This document shows positions 19,834 through 32,999 of a stretch of DNA of 64,000 bases, piece after piece; the stretch's first letter is position 1, and each line of letters opens with the position of its first letter. The notes beneath the pieces were generated by a model. It was given only the letters and a program-made list of their open reading frames with translations. It ran no database searches and had not been told where the DNA came from. A program made the translations under genes and the position numbers. The DNA lies in assembly GCA_011109175.1 (NCBI GenBank), contig RDEW01000004.1:1078030-1142029 (forward strand), given 5' to 3'. Source of the stretch: Dicyema japonicum. Lineage: Eukaryota > Animalia > Dicyemida.

Positions 19834-22739
19834 GGAATGTTAGCGTGGTGTCATGTGGCTCACCAGAAACGGTGTCACCCATTCCAAAATGGAACGAAAA
19901 AGAGCCAACAGCTTCTCCCCACCGTCCGGTGGTTCTCTCATCTCTTGTGTCTTCGACCCTGTCTGGTGTCCCCATTTATTCAGACTTTTGATTCTTCTAT
20001 GTGGGGACGTCGAAACCAATCCTGGTCCATGGAGAGGTTTTACAATTATACAACTGAATACGAATGGGATCAGGAAGAAAATCTTTGAACTCCGGGCACT
20101 CCTCTGCGAAAATGAGGCTGACCTCGCTTTAATACAGGAGTCAAAGCTATCTCCCTCCATACTAACATCCTCTTTTCCCGGATACACAGTGATCCGTAAA
20201 GATCGTCAGGGAGGACGCGGAGGAGGACTACTTACTATTATAAAGAACGATATTCTTTTTGGATACAACCAACGAACCTCGAGCTTCTTGGCTTCGATAA
20301 GAGTTTGGAGCAGATTACTGTCAAAATGGAGTTATTCCCGTCCTTTTGGATCCATTTGGCTAATATATATATTGCTCCACAAGGATTGTGTCCGTCATCT
20401 TACACCCCTGATTTATCACGCATTTCAACATTGAAAAATCTACTGTTATGTGGGGATCTTAATGCACGACATCCAGTTTGGCTCACTTCCCAATCCTCTG
20501 ACAACCGAGGAGAACTCATTGCAAATTATCTCCCTGACCTGATTATACTGAACAACCCTAACTCACATACGAGGACCCCATTAAGGAGACTGATAGCTGC
20601 ACATCCCCGACTTAACACTATGCTCACCTTCTCTGGCTGGACTCATTTCCTGGAACGTCTTTTACGGCTTCTCCAGTGACCACAATCCAATCCTTCTAAA
20701 ACTGAGAGGTCTTCGACGATACAGGAGACGGCCGGCGGAATCAAAAAGATTCAAGGATTATACGAAGGTTGACTGATCTGGTTTCAGTAACCTTGTGGAT
20801 AAATTCTTGCCCCAGAGATTATCCTCCCCAATACGCTCTATTGATGAGGCCGCAGAAATTATCAGCGCTGCCATTCAGAAAGCTGACCATATTTTTATTC
20901 CCATATCGTCATATAAGAAGTTTATTTCTACCCTCAGATCTTATACAATAAGTCTTATAAAACAAAGAGACCGGCTGAAGAGATGCCATCTGTTGGACAT
21001 GAAGTCTTTGACAGCCTTCAGACAACTGAATAAAAGGATCTTTCAGAGCATAAAAGAACAAAAGGACAAGAGATGGCAGCATCTAGTTAACCACCTCGAC
21101 AGGAAAAGTACATCCCGACATTTCTGGAAAACTCTTAAACAAGTCAAGTCGGAGCTGGATGATGCAGACGGAACCGGAAAGTCTTCTCCTGAACACTACA
21201 TCCTAACACCCTTATGAAACATTACGCTGGAATTAGCTTCATACCATTCTCGAAACACCTGGACATTAAGGTGCGTGCCCATAAACCGAAGAAGGAACCT
21301 TACCACGAACTATTCACAGATGACCAAGTCTTGGATGTGATCACCAGATTAAAGAGCTCACGGGCGTGCGGGCCTGACAAAGTATCTTCTATTCACCTAA
21401 AACACCTAAGCCACTACGCAATTGGCTACATCACGCAAATATACATTCTGTCCATTAACTATAATATTATTCCCAAGATTTGGAAGAATTCTATCATCAG
21501 ACCGATATTGAAAAATGGGAAACCAGAGACAGAACCTGCATCCTACAGGCCTATTTCCGTTACCAGCACACTGTCAAATTGGCAACTTTATCGCAGTTCA
21601 TTGCCGACGGTTTTAACACCCATCCTCCGCCTCACAAACGCACAATCTTGGTTTCTATTGACATCAACAAAGCCTTTGACACTGTTTCGAGGAAAATCCT
21701 GGTTGGAAAAATATTTTCTACTAATATTCGTCCGAATGTGAAATTATGGCTGGCCAACTTTTTGTCTGGAAGACGTGGAAGAGTAGTCAGTGGTGATCTC
21801 AGATCTAGATCACGATTACTACCGAACGGGGTACCCCAGGGGTCTCCACTTTCACCAATTCTATTCAACCTATTCCTACACGACCTACCTAATGATGGAG
21901 ACGAAGATTCCCTGCTATTATCCTACGCAAACGATGTAGTCATTGCAATACGGAACCGCTCGACGCATGTCGCATCCCTTAAAACTCAGACAAAATTGAA
22001 CACTCTCCACGATTGGATTGTTGGCAATCGACTAACGATTTCTGCAACTAAGTCTATCTGTTCCACTTTCACGTCGGACCGTCGTTCCAAGGATGAACCG
22101 AGTCTTTTTATTGGTCCCACTCGGATTCCAGTGACAAGGTCCCCCACTGTCCTTGGAGTCAAGTACGACAGCCTTCTCAATTTCAACTCCCACGCAACAG
22201 ACATGATTACCAGGGGCCTCCAGAAAGTTAATGTTATACGCGCCCTTGTTCGGAGGACCACGAGGAACATGGATTTTTCCGTTTCTACCTCTCCCAACAA
22301 ACAATCGCGCCTGCCGTTGAGTATGCCTCCGTTGCATGGAGATTCGGGTATCGGAGTCTATGGTCCAAAGAATCAACTCGATATACCGGAAAACAATCAG
22401 TATGCTAAGCCCACGTAATGGATCAACAGTCGACCCACTACTCATGGAAGCTAAGATCCGTAGTCGTGGCTCCGGATTTCTTCGCGTCTGTGAGAAGATG
22501 GAAATCCGCTTCGCCTGATCCTTCCATGGTAAGAGAAAACCGATTGGATAAGAAATTCCCCTCCCCGATCGGATTCCTCTGCAAGACCGAGAGAAGGCTC
22601 TTCCGGAAAGTAGTGGGGACGATGGAAGATCACAGACGTCGAATGGCACAAGTGATTGCGAGGACTGGGATCACCTAACTGTTTGACTCTTTTGTCTTTC
22701 TTTCTCGGTGTTCCCGGGGTTATTAAAATAAATAAATAG
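19834..22739 (+). mobile_element. Ingi/Vingi-like LINE (2A + APE + RT, no RNase H seen), frameshifted, with an internal RT deletion
   Basis: 11-bp TSD aacaaacctct (19823-19833, 22740-22750); QLNTNG, IQES, GDLNARH, SDHNP, IDINKAFD, GVPQGS, YANDV; ends TGIT* + stem + ggggttattaaaataaataaata. Confidence 0.9.
20003..20029 (+). other. 2A-like StopGo (ribosome-skipping) motif GDVETNPGP
   Basis: LFRLLILLC-GDVETNPG|P immediately precedes the APE domain; matches the D(V/I)ExNPGP consensus. Confidence 0.85.
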
Positions 22740-22859
22740 AACAAACCTCTCTATATAGGTTGAGGTGGTGACGACACCTCTATTGCACTATGTCTTATTC
22801 GTATTTCTTACCAACTTCTCCGTTCACTAGGGATCTTTCAATTATTAACCTAATAATAA

Positions 22860-25484
22860 TTTTAGCTTGGCGTTATGTGTTCTACCAATTCAAAAGGATT
22901 TGGAAACTCCCAGGGGGCACCTAATGCCACCGAAAAAGGACCGATAGACCCCATCCTCCTGGGGACATTCTCGTCCCCGGGCGATGCATTTTACAGAAGA
23001 TCGAACCTTCCCGGAAGAAATCCTCAGCCCATCGAAGAGAAAAACACTTTACGGCTCTCCAGCTTAACATAAATGGAATTAAAGGAAAAATCAGGAAACT
23101 CTGCTCACTCCTGGCTTATCAAGAGATTAACGTTGCGATGATTCAAGAGACCAAACTCTCTTTTAATGACCCTACCTCTACATTCCCAGGATACAAAGCT
23201 ATGAGGAAGGACCGAAAAGAAAAAAGAGGTGGAGGTCTGCTCACTCTATTCAAAAAGAACTTGAAATGCAGAGACATCTATTCGGAAATGAGGAAACTTG
23301 TTGGGGATGATGATGTAACAGAAATAATTGGAATCTCGCTCTGGACAACGGAAGGAAGACTATGCCTTGTAATATCTACGTTCCGCCTCCTGGTTCCTGT
23401 CCGAAGAGCTGTGTTATGCCAAACCTATCAAGACTGTCTTCCTTCGATGAAATCATCATCGGCGGGGATTTGAATGCGAAGCATCCATTATGGCTGTCAA
23501 CTCAACTAGCTGACATGAGAGGGAAATTATTATTATCGCAAACGGACTCCCTAACGATGTTGAATGATCCATCGAGAATTACAAGGACACCACTGAGAGA
23601 GACAGATAAACCTACCTCTCCGGACGTAACACTCTGCTCATCGTCGCTTTCATCAAAAATTGATTGGTCAGTCCTCTACGAAACAAGAAGCGACCATAAT
23701 CCGATTGTGCTGAAGATCAAAAGAAAGGCCAACGTGAGAAGAATTCCTAGTAGCTACAATTACAAATGTGCTAACTGGAAATTGTATTGTGAAATCTCAT
23801 AAAATGAAGAATTGTTACTTGGATAGCTTTAGTTCTCTGGAGAATGCCATCAGCTACTTTACCCAAATAATCTTGGAAGCTAGATCAAGGGCTATACCCA
23901 AACATTACTTAAATTCGTCAAGTGGTCTAGGGAAGACGGCCTTGATTAAAGAAAGAAATCGGCTTAAAAAATCTAACCGGATAACCTTGGATATGAAACT
24001 CCGGATCAGAACATTGAATAATGAAATAAAGGCAAAAGAGCTCAAGACCCAGAGGTCGAAGTGGAATCGTGTGCTTACAATGGTGATTAGAAATCGCACT
24101 ACGGGAGAGGTGTTGAAAGCTATTCTAAATGCGGCAAAAGGCGATGAAGTTTCAACAGAAAAGGCTTATGTTCAAAGTGATGTAAACAACTTAATAAAAT
24201 TCTATACTAAAATTTCACACAAAGAGAACATGAAGTCTGATACACTTCCATCACGCAGGAAACTTAAGATAATATCAGAACCACTCTTCTTTTGTGAGAG
24301 AGAGGTGAGGGATACAATACATTCCGTAAAAACGACATACTCCCACGGACCAGATAAAATTCCTGTTATCTTATTAAAAAATCTTGGAGACGGAGGAATC
24401 ACTTTCATAACATCGATATTCAACTATTCAATTAATCAGAATGTGATACCGTTGTTATGGAAACAGGCTCTAATACGGCCACTACTGAAACCAGGAAGAT
24501 CGAGAGAGGACCCAGCATCTTTTAGACCGGTGTCACTGCTATGTTCAATGTCAAAAATTCTGGAGAGGCTTGTGCTCGGGAGAATAAAAAATTTTTACAG
24601 AAAAGAATTTTCAACATGGATTCAAAAATGAGAGATCCACGTCTACATACTTGCAATAAGAAATAACTCAAACAGAAGTGCTCGACGAGAACGAAATCGT
24701 CATTCTTTGTGGAAAATTATTGATGCTAATCGACATACATAAGGCTTTTGACTCAGTCTCGAGGAAGATTCTATCAAGAAAAATATTTCAATCGGAGATC
24801 CCAGGGAAGCTAAATCATTAACTTCTAAAGATTAACTTTCTAAGTGGACGAAGGGGACGTGTTTACCTCGGAGGTCTGAAATCAATCTCACGGCTCCTCC
24901 CTAACGGAGTCCTTCAAGAATCGCCTTTATCCCCTGCTCTGTAACCTTTTTCTGGCTGATATCCCGAGTCTTGAATCTGATAATGATGTTCTACTATCCT
25001 ATGCGGATGATATTGTGTCGGCTTAGCGAGATCAGAACATCCAGAGGGCCACAGAAAGAATACAAATTAACCTGGAAAGGCTTAATGCCTGGATAATGGA
25101 AAACCGGCTCGTGGTGAATGCAGAGAAGTCGTCTACGTCACTATTTACTTCGGACAAAAGATTGGAAAGGAAGACAGTCACCTTGAAGTTAAACAAGGTC
25201 GGCATCTCTTTCCACAGATGTCAAAGGATCTTGGTGTGACACTTGATATGCATCTCTGTTTAACATCTCACGTAGAAAACATTCTATTGAAATGCGGGAA
25301 GAAACTGAACGTATTAAAAAGTTTATCGGGAATATGGAAGAGTGGTACTCACCCAGTCTTGATGAACGTATACAAACAATACATCGAGCCATGTTTCTCA
25401 TATGCATGCGCCTCGTGGGGTCCGTCCATATCTTAGACAAATATGAGGAAAATTGAGGAAATGCAAAAGAGGGCTTACAGAGCA
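22860..25484 (+). mobile_element. Second Ingi/Vingi-like LINE family, decayed, 3' end lost
   Basis: QLNINGI, MIQETKLS, GGDLNAKH, SDHNP, FRPVSLLC, IDIHKAFD, YADDI, VYKQYIEPCFSYACASW. Confidence 0.88.
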
Positions 25485-27376
25485 ACGGAGCGTTGGATTT
25501 GTGAAGATCATCGACCCAGACCTACGCTTCTGGATGCCCTTATGAGACTAGACTCCAGATCACGGGAAGTTGGTCTTATGCCCAATATGGATTTACCCAA
25601 AATACTGGATCTGACAACGTCAATAAAGCTCAGTGTGTGATATGCGACGTCATAATGGGAAACAACTCTTTGAAGCCGTCACAATTAAAAAGACATAAGG
25701 AAAAAACTCACCCACAAAATGTTGATACTGTCGAAAGTTTTATTGCAAAGACAACTAAATATGATAAATCTGGAAAACTTAGTAATTTCGGATTTAGACC
25801 AATAGATAACCCATGTCTGCTAGCTTCATATGAGGTATTAATAATTAAAGAATTTATTTTAGATATCCTTAATTATTGCCAAAAACAAAGTATTTCACTC
25901 TTCTGGAGAAAATTTAATAAACCCTGCCGCATTGACAATGGCAAGAATATTGCGATAAAGATGCCGTACAAAAATTTAAAAATGTACCTTTATCTAATGA
26001 CACGATTACGAATACGAGACATGTCTTGTAATGCTTTGGAACAACTTGTTATGAAAATAAAGCCCATGCAGAATTAGTATACAATTGGATGAATCTACCC
26101 ATATAACATCTATAAATCAGTTGGTTGCATTTGTTCGTTTTGTCGACATGGAATCTATTCATGACGAGTTTTTATTTTGTTTGGAATTAACTGCAAGAAC
26201 AACAGCTAATGATATTTTTGATTTGTTTTCTGGTTTCTTACGTGACAATTGTATTCACTGGGATAAAGCTATGATAGGACATGTAATTACGAAACATTGC
26301 GTCATTCATAAATATGCACTCGCTACAAAAACTCTGCCATTTGAGCTAAAAATGTACTTGATTCAACAGTCAAGATTGTGAATTTGATTCGAGGTAGAGC
26401 TAATACTCTGTGAAGAATTAGGAACATTCAGTGCTTTTATTTCATACTGAAGTACGTTGATTATCAAGAGGTAAAATACGGGTTGCCGAGCTGTCCATTA
26501 GTTTATTTTTACGAGATATTGGGTCGACCGAATTTGCCGATTTATTTAACAACGATATTGTCATGCTTAAACTATATTATCTGACATATTTAGTATTTTT
26601 AATGAATTAAACTCACTACAAGGTATTTTTATTAATTATTTTGCCGTATAGGCACTCCATTTAACGTGACATCAATTGTTTGCGTTCCCATAATTCTTCC
26701 AACATTGAAGCTATGAAAAATGTCTGCGTTTAAAGAAAAATTGTCACTATGGAGGAGAAAAATACGAAATAACAACGCTTCAATGTTTCCGATGGTAGAA
26801 AATAAGATTGGTTTTCTTCTTTGATTATTGATCATCTCGAAAATAAAATTGGGGATTAGTTCCCAGTTACTGAACCAATTACGACTTGGATAATACACCC
26901 TTTTATTCCGGAAACCAATAAATTAATTTACAACGGCCAAGAAATTTAAGAAATTGATTTCCAAGAACAGTTGATTGAATTGCTAAATTCGCAGTTTTGC
27001 AAGTTGACATTTAATTCGTTTTCGATTATGGAATTCTGTTATTAATGAATATCCAATCTTAAGTAAAAATGCACTGGAAGTGATATTACCTTTCCAACCA
27101 CTTATTTATGTGAAATGGCAATGTCTTGTTATTCTGAAAAGTAAAGTTCGCAACCGACTTAAGGTGGAAGACGATATGAGAATGGCACTTACCAACATTG
27201 TTCCAAAAATTGAACAGCTAGTTTCTGAAAAGCAGGATCAAAAATCACACTAACTCTAAATATTATGATTTTTTTAATTTTGTTAGTTTTTTATTAAATT
27301 GTTTTGCTACATGTGGTCCCCAGAAAAATTCAACAGACTAAAGTGGTCCCCGGTCAAAAAAGGTTAAGAAACACTG
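25485..27376 (+). mobile_element. hAT (Buster/Charlie, ZBED5/FAM200-like) DNA transposon relic, left end missing
   Basis: QYGF..QCVICDVIMGNNSLKPSQLKRH (BED finger), LDESTHITSINQLVAFVRF, HCVIH, HTEVR, YLCEMA; right TIR ggttaagaaacactg (reverse complement CAGTGTTTCTTAACC) ends at 27376. Confidence 0.9.
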
Positions 27377-27755
27377 ATCTACAAACAGTATATAGATCCA
27401 ACATTAGACTATGCATGTGCTGCGTGGGGATCTAACCTGGCGGCAACGAACCTAATAAAAATTCAAGAGATCCAGTCAAAAGCAGTAAATTTACTGGAAA
27501 AATATACGGATAAAGAAATTGACCCCAGAACACTCGAGTCTATCATAGAGGAAACTGGAAGCAATTTCAGAATAGGAGGGAAATAAGACCCCCGTCCGTA
27601 TAGAAAATGTGGGGTCACGGTCGAAGCATCGAGAAAAGATGGCTCTAAGGAACGGGGATTACCTAAATATTAGATTATTGAGAGATGCCGGGATCACCTG
27701 AATACTAGTTAGTGATTAAGACGGTCTTTCTTAGGCTTAAATAATAATAATAATT
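27377..27755 (+). mobile_element. 3' part of an Ingi/Vingi-like LINE
   Basis: IYKQYIDPTLDYACAAWG; ends gcc ggg atc acc tga (AGIT*) with a (TAA)n tail. Confidence 0.8.
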
Positions 27756-27756
27756 C

Positions 27757-28935
27757 TCAGACAAACAGGTCTCAGTGGTTATCGCCGGATTAAAAAACTC
27801 ACGGGGCTGCGGCCCTGACAAAGTATCTTCGATTCACCTGAAACATCTAAGCAAAACGCATTTGGTTACCTCACGCAATTATTTAACCTGTCTATTGACT
27901 AGGATATTATTCACAAGATTTGGAAGAACTCTGTTATCAAATCAGTTTTGAAGGCTAGAAAACCGGAGAGAACAAGCTTCATACAGGCCAATCTCCCAAG
28001 CACATTATCAAAACTTCTTGAAAACTGGTGCTATCCGCCATTACGCAGGACCTCCCTCTAGTGGCTTTCCAACACGGTCTTAGTCCTGGAAGATCCTGCA
28101 CCACCCAATTAACCACATTATCCCAATTCATTGTCGATAGATTTAATGCTACCCCACAACACATGCAAACCACAATGGTCTCCATCGACATAAACAAGAC
28201 TTTCGACACAGTCCCGAGGAAGCTTCTTATTGGTAAGATTTTTGATTAGAAAGTTTGTTCAAAAATCTGTGGCTAGCTAATTTTCTTTCTGAACAACGTG
28301 GGAGAGTCGTATGCGGTCATTTTAGATCAAGATAACGATTACTGCCTAACAGAGCACTCCAAGGTTCTCCGCTTTCTCCGACCCTTTTCAACTTTTCCTC
28401 CTCGACCTTCTAAATTAAGAGGACGAAAATTTTTTGTTATTTTCCTACGCAGACGACTTAATAATTTCAAAACGAAATCGATCGACGAAAATTGCAACTG
28501 CTAGTGCCCAGGCAGGACTGAGCACCGTATACGATTGGTTTACTGCCGGCTAACGATTCTGCCGAAAAATCAATATGTACGCCTTTCACCTCAGACCGTC
28601 GTTCAAAAGAAGATCCAAGAATTTTCATTGATCTTGTACAAGTAAAAAGGTCTCCCTCAATTCTTTGATTAATGTTCGACATGCTGTTGAATTTTAAATC
28701 CCATGCGAAGAAAGTCCTCACTAAATGCCTGCAGAAGTTTAACGTTGTACACCCGCTTGTCCGGAAGACTTCTTTGAATTTGGATGCTTCTGTTGGGAAA
28801 ACTCTACAATCGCAGGGATGAGATAAAACGGTAGTGGGAACAATGGGAGACTACAAAAGTTGGATGGCGCAGTTGATTACGAAAACTGGGATTACCTAAC
28901 TGTTTGACGTTTTTTTTCTGTCTTTCTTTTTGGTG
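27757..28935 (+). mobile_element. 5'-truncated relative of the 19834 LINE
   Basis: Aligns with 21350-22730 and retains the FQHGLSPGRSCTTQL block deleted from that copy; ends TGIT* with stem gggattac/gtgatccc. Confidence 0.85.
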
Positions 28936-30079
28936 ATCCCGGAATTTTAAATAATACTCAATCATTCCTTCTGCAAAAAGCATTGTAAAATATGGATGAG
29001 CACTGCATAAATCTCGTGTTCTCGTTGAGGACTACCGGAGCACATAAATGGTTTAATGTCGCATAACGATTACTGTGTTAATAAGGTCAGCTTTATTAAC
29101 TTTTTTATTTTTTAAAAGAGATTGTGAAGAAAGTCAGTGAGAGGTAGGAGACTAATTGGCAAAGAGTAAAAAACTACTTTGAGGACTAAAAAACCGTTTC
29201 AAAAATGTGATCACAAACTCTGAGATAACGTAGTTAAGTGATGATTCGAAAACAACAAAAATGATAAAAAATAATGAAATATTATGCAAGTGCCAGCTAT
29301 TATAGCGTATAAGTGATCCGAAGGTTCCCAATTGCCTTTCATAATTCAAAACGTGACTCACGAGAATACTTATCATAATTCAACAGTTATGTTGAGGCAC
29401 TAGTGGAGATAATCCGTTTTCATCTAAAATTGATAATTACGATTTTTGGAAACGATCAAGCAACTTAATACTAAAACAGGGGCAAAAATTCACGAAAACA
29501 TGTGGATGCAGATATTCCCAGCCTTTAGTAAAGTGACCCATCTTGATTCGTTCCTTGCGTCAATATCAGTGATTTAACTGTACTCCACTACAATGTAGGA
29601 CCCACTTTTTAGTTAAAAACAGATCCTTAGTTTTCCTCTACATGGAATCATTCAATCTGTATTTTCACATTCAACATTGTGTAGCTGTGGAAAATGTGTT
29701 CTCTGACTTTAAGAGTATAATGTTAATAACAAGAAATTACAGATTTGATCCCCATTTGCCTTTAGAGCTCGAAAAAGTTTCTACCTGTTAAAGACACGTG
29801 CAATAATGGTTTAGTTTTCACTCAGGCAGATTTCAAACTTTCCTTAGATTAGCTGACTGAGAGCAGTCTTTACTCGAAAATGACTCTGTTAGGTCGGAAT
29901 AATCATTTTATTATAGTACATAAAAAGACTAAGAAATTAAAAATTTTCAAAAAATCAAATAGTAGTCGTTTAATTTAAAGTTTTCCATACGCATATACAA
30001 GCAAATGGCAGAGTTGGAAAAATCATCACTGGGGGAGAAACGAAGACACTTTAATAAAGTAATACTTCGGATAGTTCTT

Positions 30080-30398
30080 TATTTATTATTTATTAACCCC
30101 GGATACACCGAGAAAGAAGTTAAAGTAAACAACTAATTAAGTGTATCCACTTCCACAGAGTCCGTCCTGAATCAGCATAAAAGGAAAAAGACATCCATAC
30201 TTGCAGTTATGGAAACCTTTCAGTGGAGTGGAGGAGAGCAAATGATCCTTTTTTCGTGCCGGCCAGGAAACTGGGCGCCACTTGGACAGGTGGATCAAAT
30301 GACGCCACTCTAATAGGAAGAGAGAGGAAAAACAGACAAACAAACATAAAACTTAAACCAATTAGCCACGCAGCACCACATGGCGCCACGAGGCGTAA
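30080..30398 (-). repeat. SINE-like family A, longest copy
   Basis: Collinear with 45139-45429; GC-rich head, pyrimidine tract, LINE-type stem and (AAAT/AAT)n tail. Confidence 0.85.
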
Positions 30399-30501
30399 TT
30401 TCTTTTCGATGATAAAAATTAAATTGAGTAAAACTGAGGATTTTAGTATTTTAATGGTTCTTAAAACGTTAGAATACTGAAGGTTGAGGATATTTTTATT
30501 A

Positions 30502-31804
30502 CAGTAAACCTCATTAATCGAACTTCAATAATCCGAATTTTTTGATGATTAGCAAAATTTTTACAGTTTCCTTACAAACAGGCTTTAATAAACAGAAACT
30601 TCATAATCCGAAAGACATTTATTTTAAATTTCGGATTAATTTATTTTGTTTTTATCATACATTCAGATGAATTTAAATTTTAAATCTAACAGTACCTAAT
30701 TGTTAGAAAAAAGTAATATTTGTGACTCTCAGAGAATTATCCCATATCTGTGAAATAAAAATGAACCCTTATTTTGGAATTTCAGAAATTCTAAAAAAAC
30801 CGTGAAAGTAGGAAAACTGAAAATACGATTAACAAGTCGTCATCAAATTGGATGAAATTAATGGTTTTATACTGAAGATATCATCATTTCATAAGTTAAA
30901 GTATTTTGTGTAAAGCATGGAATCAATGATTTTGAAGTTAGTAAAGGCTACACAGATTTAAAAGAAAATTTAATTTAAACTACAAGTTCTTCACGGAGAA
31001 GCTACATCTTAACACAATATGAAATTAATTTGAATAGACAAATATGATTATTTAAAAGAAGTTAACCACGACGTGTTGTAAAAATGGATAAAACTATACT
31101 CTTTTTTCAATCTTAATTTTAAATTTCATCTAAAAGATAGAAATGGCATAAAGCAATCAAAAGTAGGATTACTATAGCTCTTTGTGCTAATGAAATGGAA
31201 CAATAAAAATTAATCCTTTTTATTGGCCATTATAAAAGACCAAGATTTAGAACGAATTTTTTTGAAAAATGAAATTTTATTCTTACCAAAAACACAACTT
31301 CACATCTTCAACCATGGATGCAGGCATAATCAAAAACTTTAAGCATTATTATAGAAAAGACTTATTTGGATTATATACCCTTGATTTGGAAAAATATTTT
31401 TTGTGAATTTACGGAAAGCCATCATTATCTGACACACGAAGTAAAAGAAGACCATAAAAATTGTTTCAAAAAGACTGAGGCAATTAAATGTCTTGATTAA
31501 TTTGCTAATGTAGATATAATGCAAAATCCTGTTTTGAATGGGTATCGAAAGAACAGAACTTGTTAATGAATAAGAAATAACTTAAACAGAAGTGCTCGAC
31601 GAGAACGAAATCGTCATTCTTTGTGGAGATTATAATGTCGACAAAGAAATTATTGATGCTAAAATGGAGAGATTATTATTATATGTGAGTACATTAATAT
31701 TAACTGCAATGAAATTAATATATTTATTCCCTTCGCAATCCTAAAACTTTCACAATCCGAAAGACATCCAAACTTTTTTAGTTAGGATTAATGAGGGTTT
31801 ACTG
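30502..31804 (+). mobile_element. pogo/Tigger-type DNA transposon relic
   Basis: TA|cagtaaacctcattaatc ... gattaatgagggtttactg|TA terminal inverted repeats with TA TSD; frameshifted KNTTSHLQP..DAGIIKNFKHYYRK DDE remnant. Confidence 0.9.
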
Positions 31805-32999
31805 TACATATATCGTTGTTTTTGGAAATAAATTTTCAATTAAATAACATTTTTGTTGTAGAAGTAGTATATTGTCAGATTTTTAAAATATAAAGCGAAT
31901 AGTTGATTTGAGATGTCGCCCTATTGGTCTAATCACATAATGCCTTCACTCTCAAAGCCATTCATCAAAATCCTAACTTTAGACTGAAACATATAAACAC
32001 AAACCCGTTGTACGTATCCATTAAACTTTGGATGTTGTAGAAACTTCTAAACCTTTCTGAGTAGCTTTGACCAATCGCTTCCCTCTCACAATATCTATGA
32101 ACTTGTACTAGACTTAAAACTTTCCGTACAAAAACCTCTTTCTATTATTTACAGCAATATGCGCGCTTGCTCTCTGTCGTGGTCCCTTCCCTTTCTCCGT
32201 CAAATACCATCGCCTCCAGCGACTTGAAAATTGGCAAAGCACCGTTATCGGATGTGTCTTGCACAATCCACCTAATATCCACATTGGAAATTAAGAGTTT
32301 ACCTATCTCCAAATGCAGTTTTTAATACTGAAAAAAATTGGTGGATTCAAGAAAAAAAATATAATTTTTAGGATCAGTAAGTTGAGGGAAAAAGAATTTC
32401 TTCCATCAACAAAATATCCAGAGTCAAAGTCCTGTCACATAAATCAAATTTACTAATTCTTTCCAACTTAATCTGTATGAAACTTATTTGGGAGATAATA
32501 AAGGGCTTCTGCAATACAAGTTTTATTTTCCTGAACATTCCCATTTTCACCCAAAACAGTAAAGTGTAAGTCTTCGCGAAAGTAAAAATAGACCGTCCAT
32601 CTTAATTGAGAAGAAACCACAACTAATTCTAATAGTTTCGTAATTCTATTTCATTGGTGGATATAAACCTTCTAATAGTTTGTTAATCACTGTACCTACG
32701 CAACCGCAAGCATTTGATATATTTTTCAGAATTAACAGAGGTGGCAATATAAAGTCATTAATATTTCATTGCTATATTATCAGCAATGCAATACACAGTG
32801 GTATTTAATTACATTGAACACATTAGTACAAGGATTAGGTTTTACTAATATTAAATAGTCTGTAATTGCCATTAGGAAATCAGATTATATAAAAATGATA
32901 TTTTTAATTAAAATATTTTTTACATAATAAAATAATTAAATTAAATTTTTGTAATGGCCAACACACTAAAATAAAATAACTAAATCTAATAGTTCATAA

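Noticed and set aside
29150-29920. Possible spliced host gene on the - strand
   Set aside because: Plausible small introns, but no coherent product or recognisable domain.
31950-32860. Adenine methyltransferase-like NPP motif or multi-exon gene on the - strand
   Set aside because: I could not build a consistent frame; the motif is too short to support a call.
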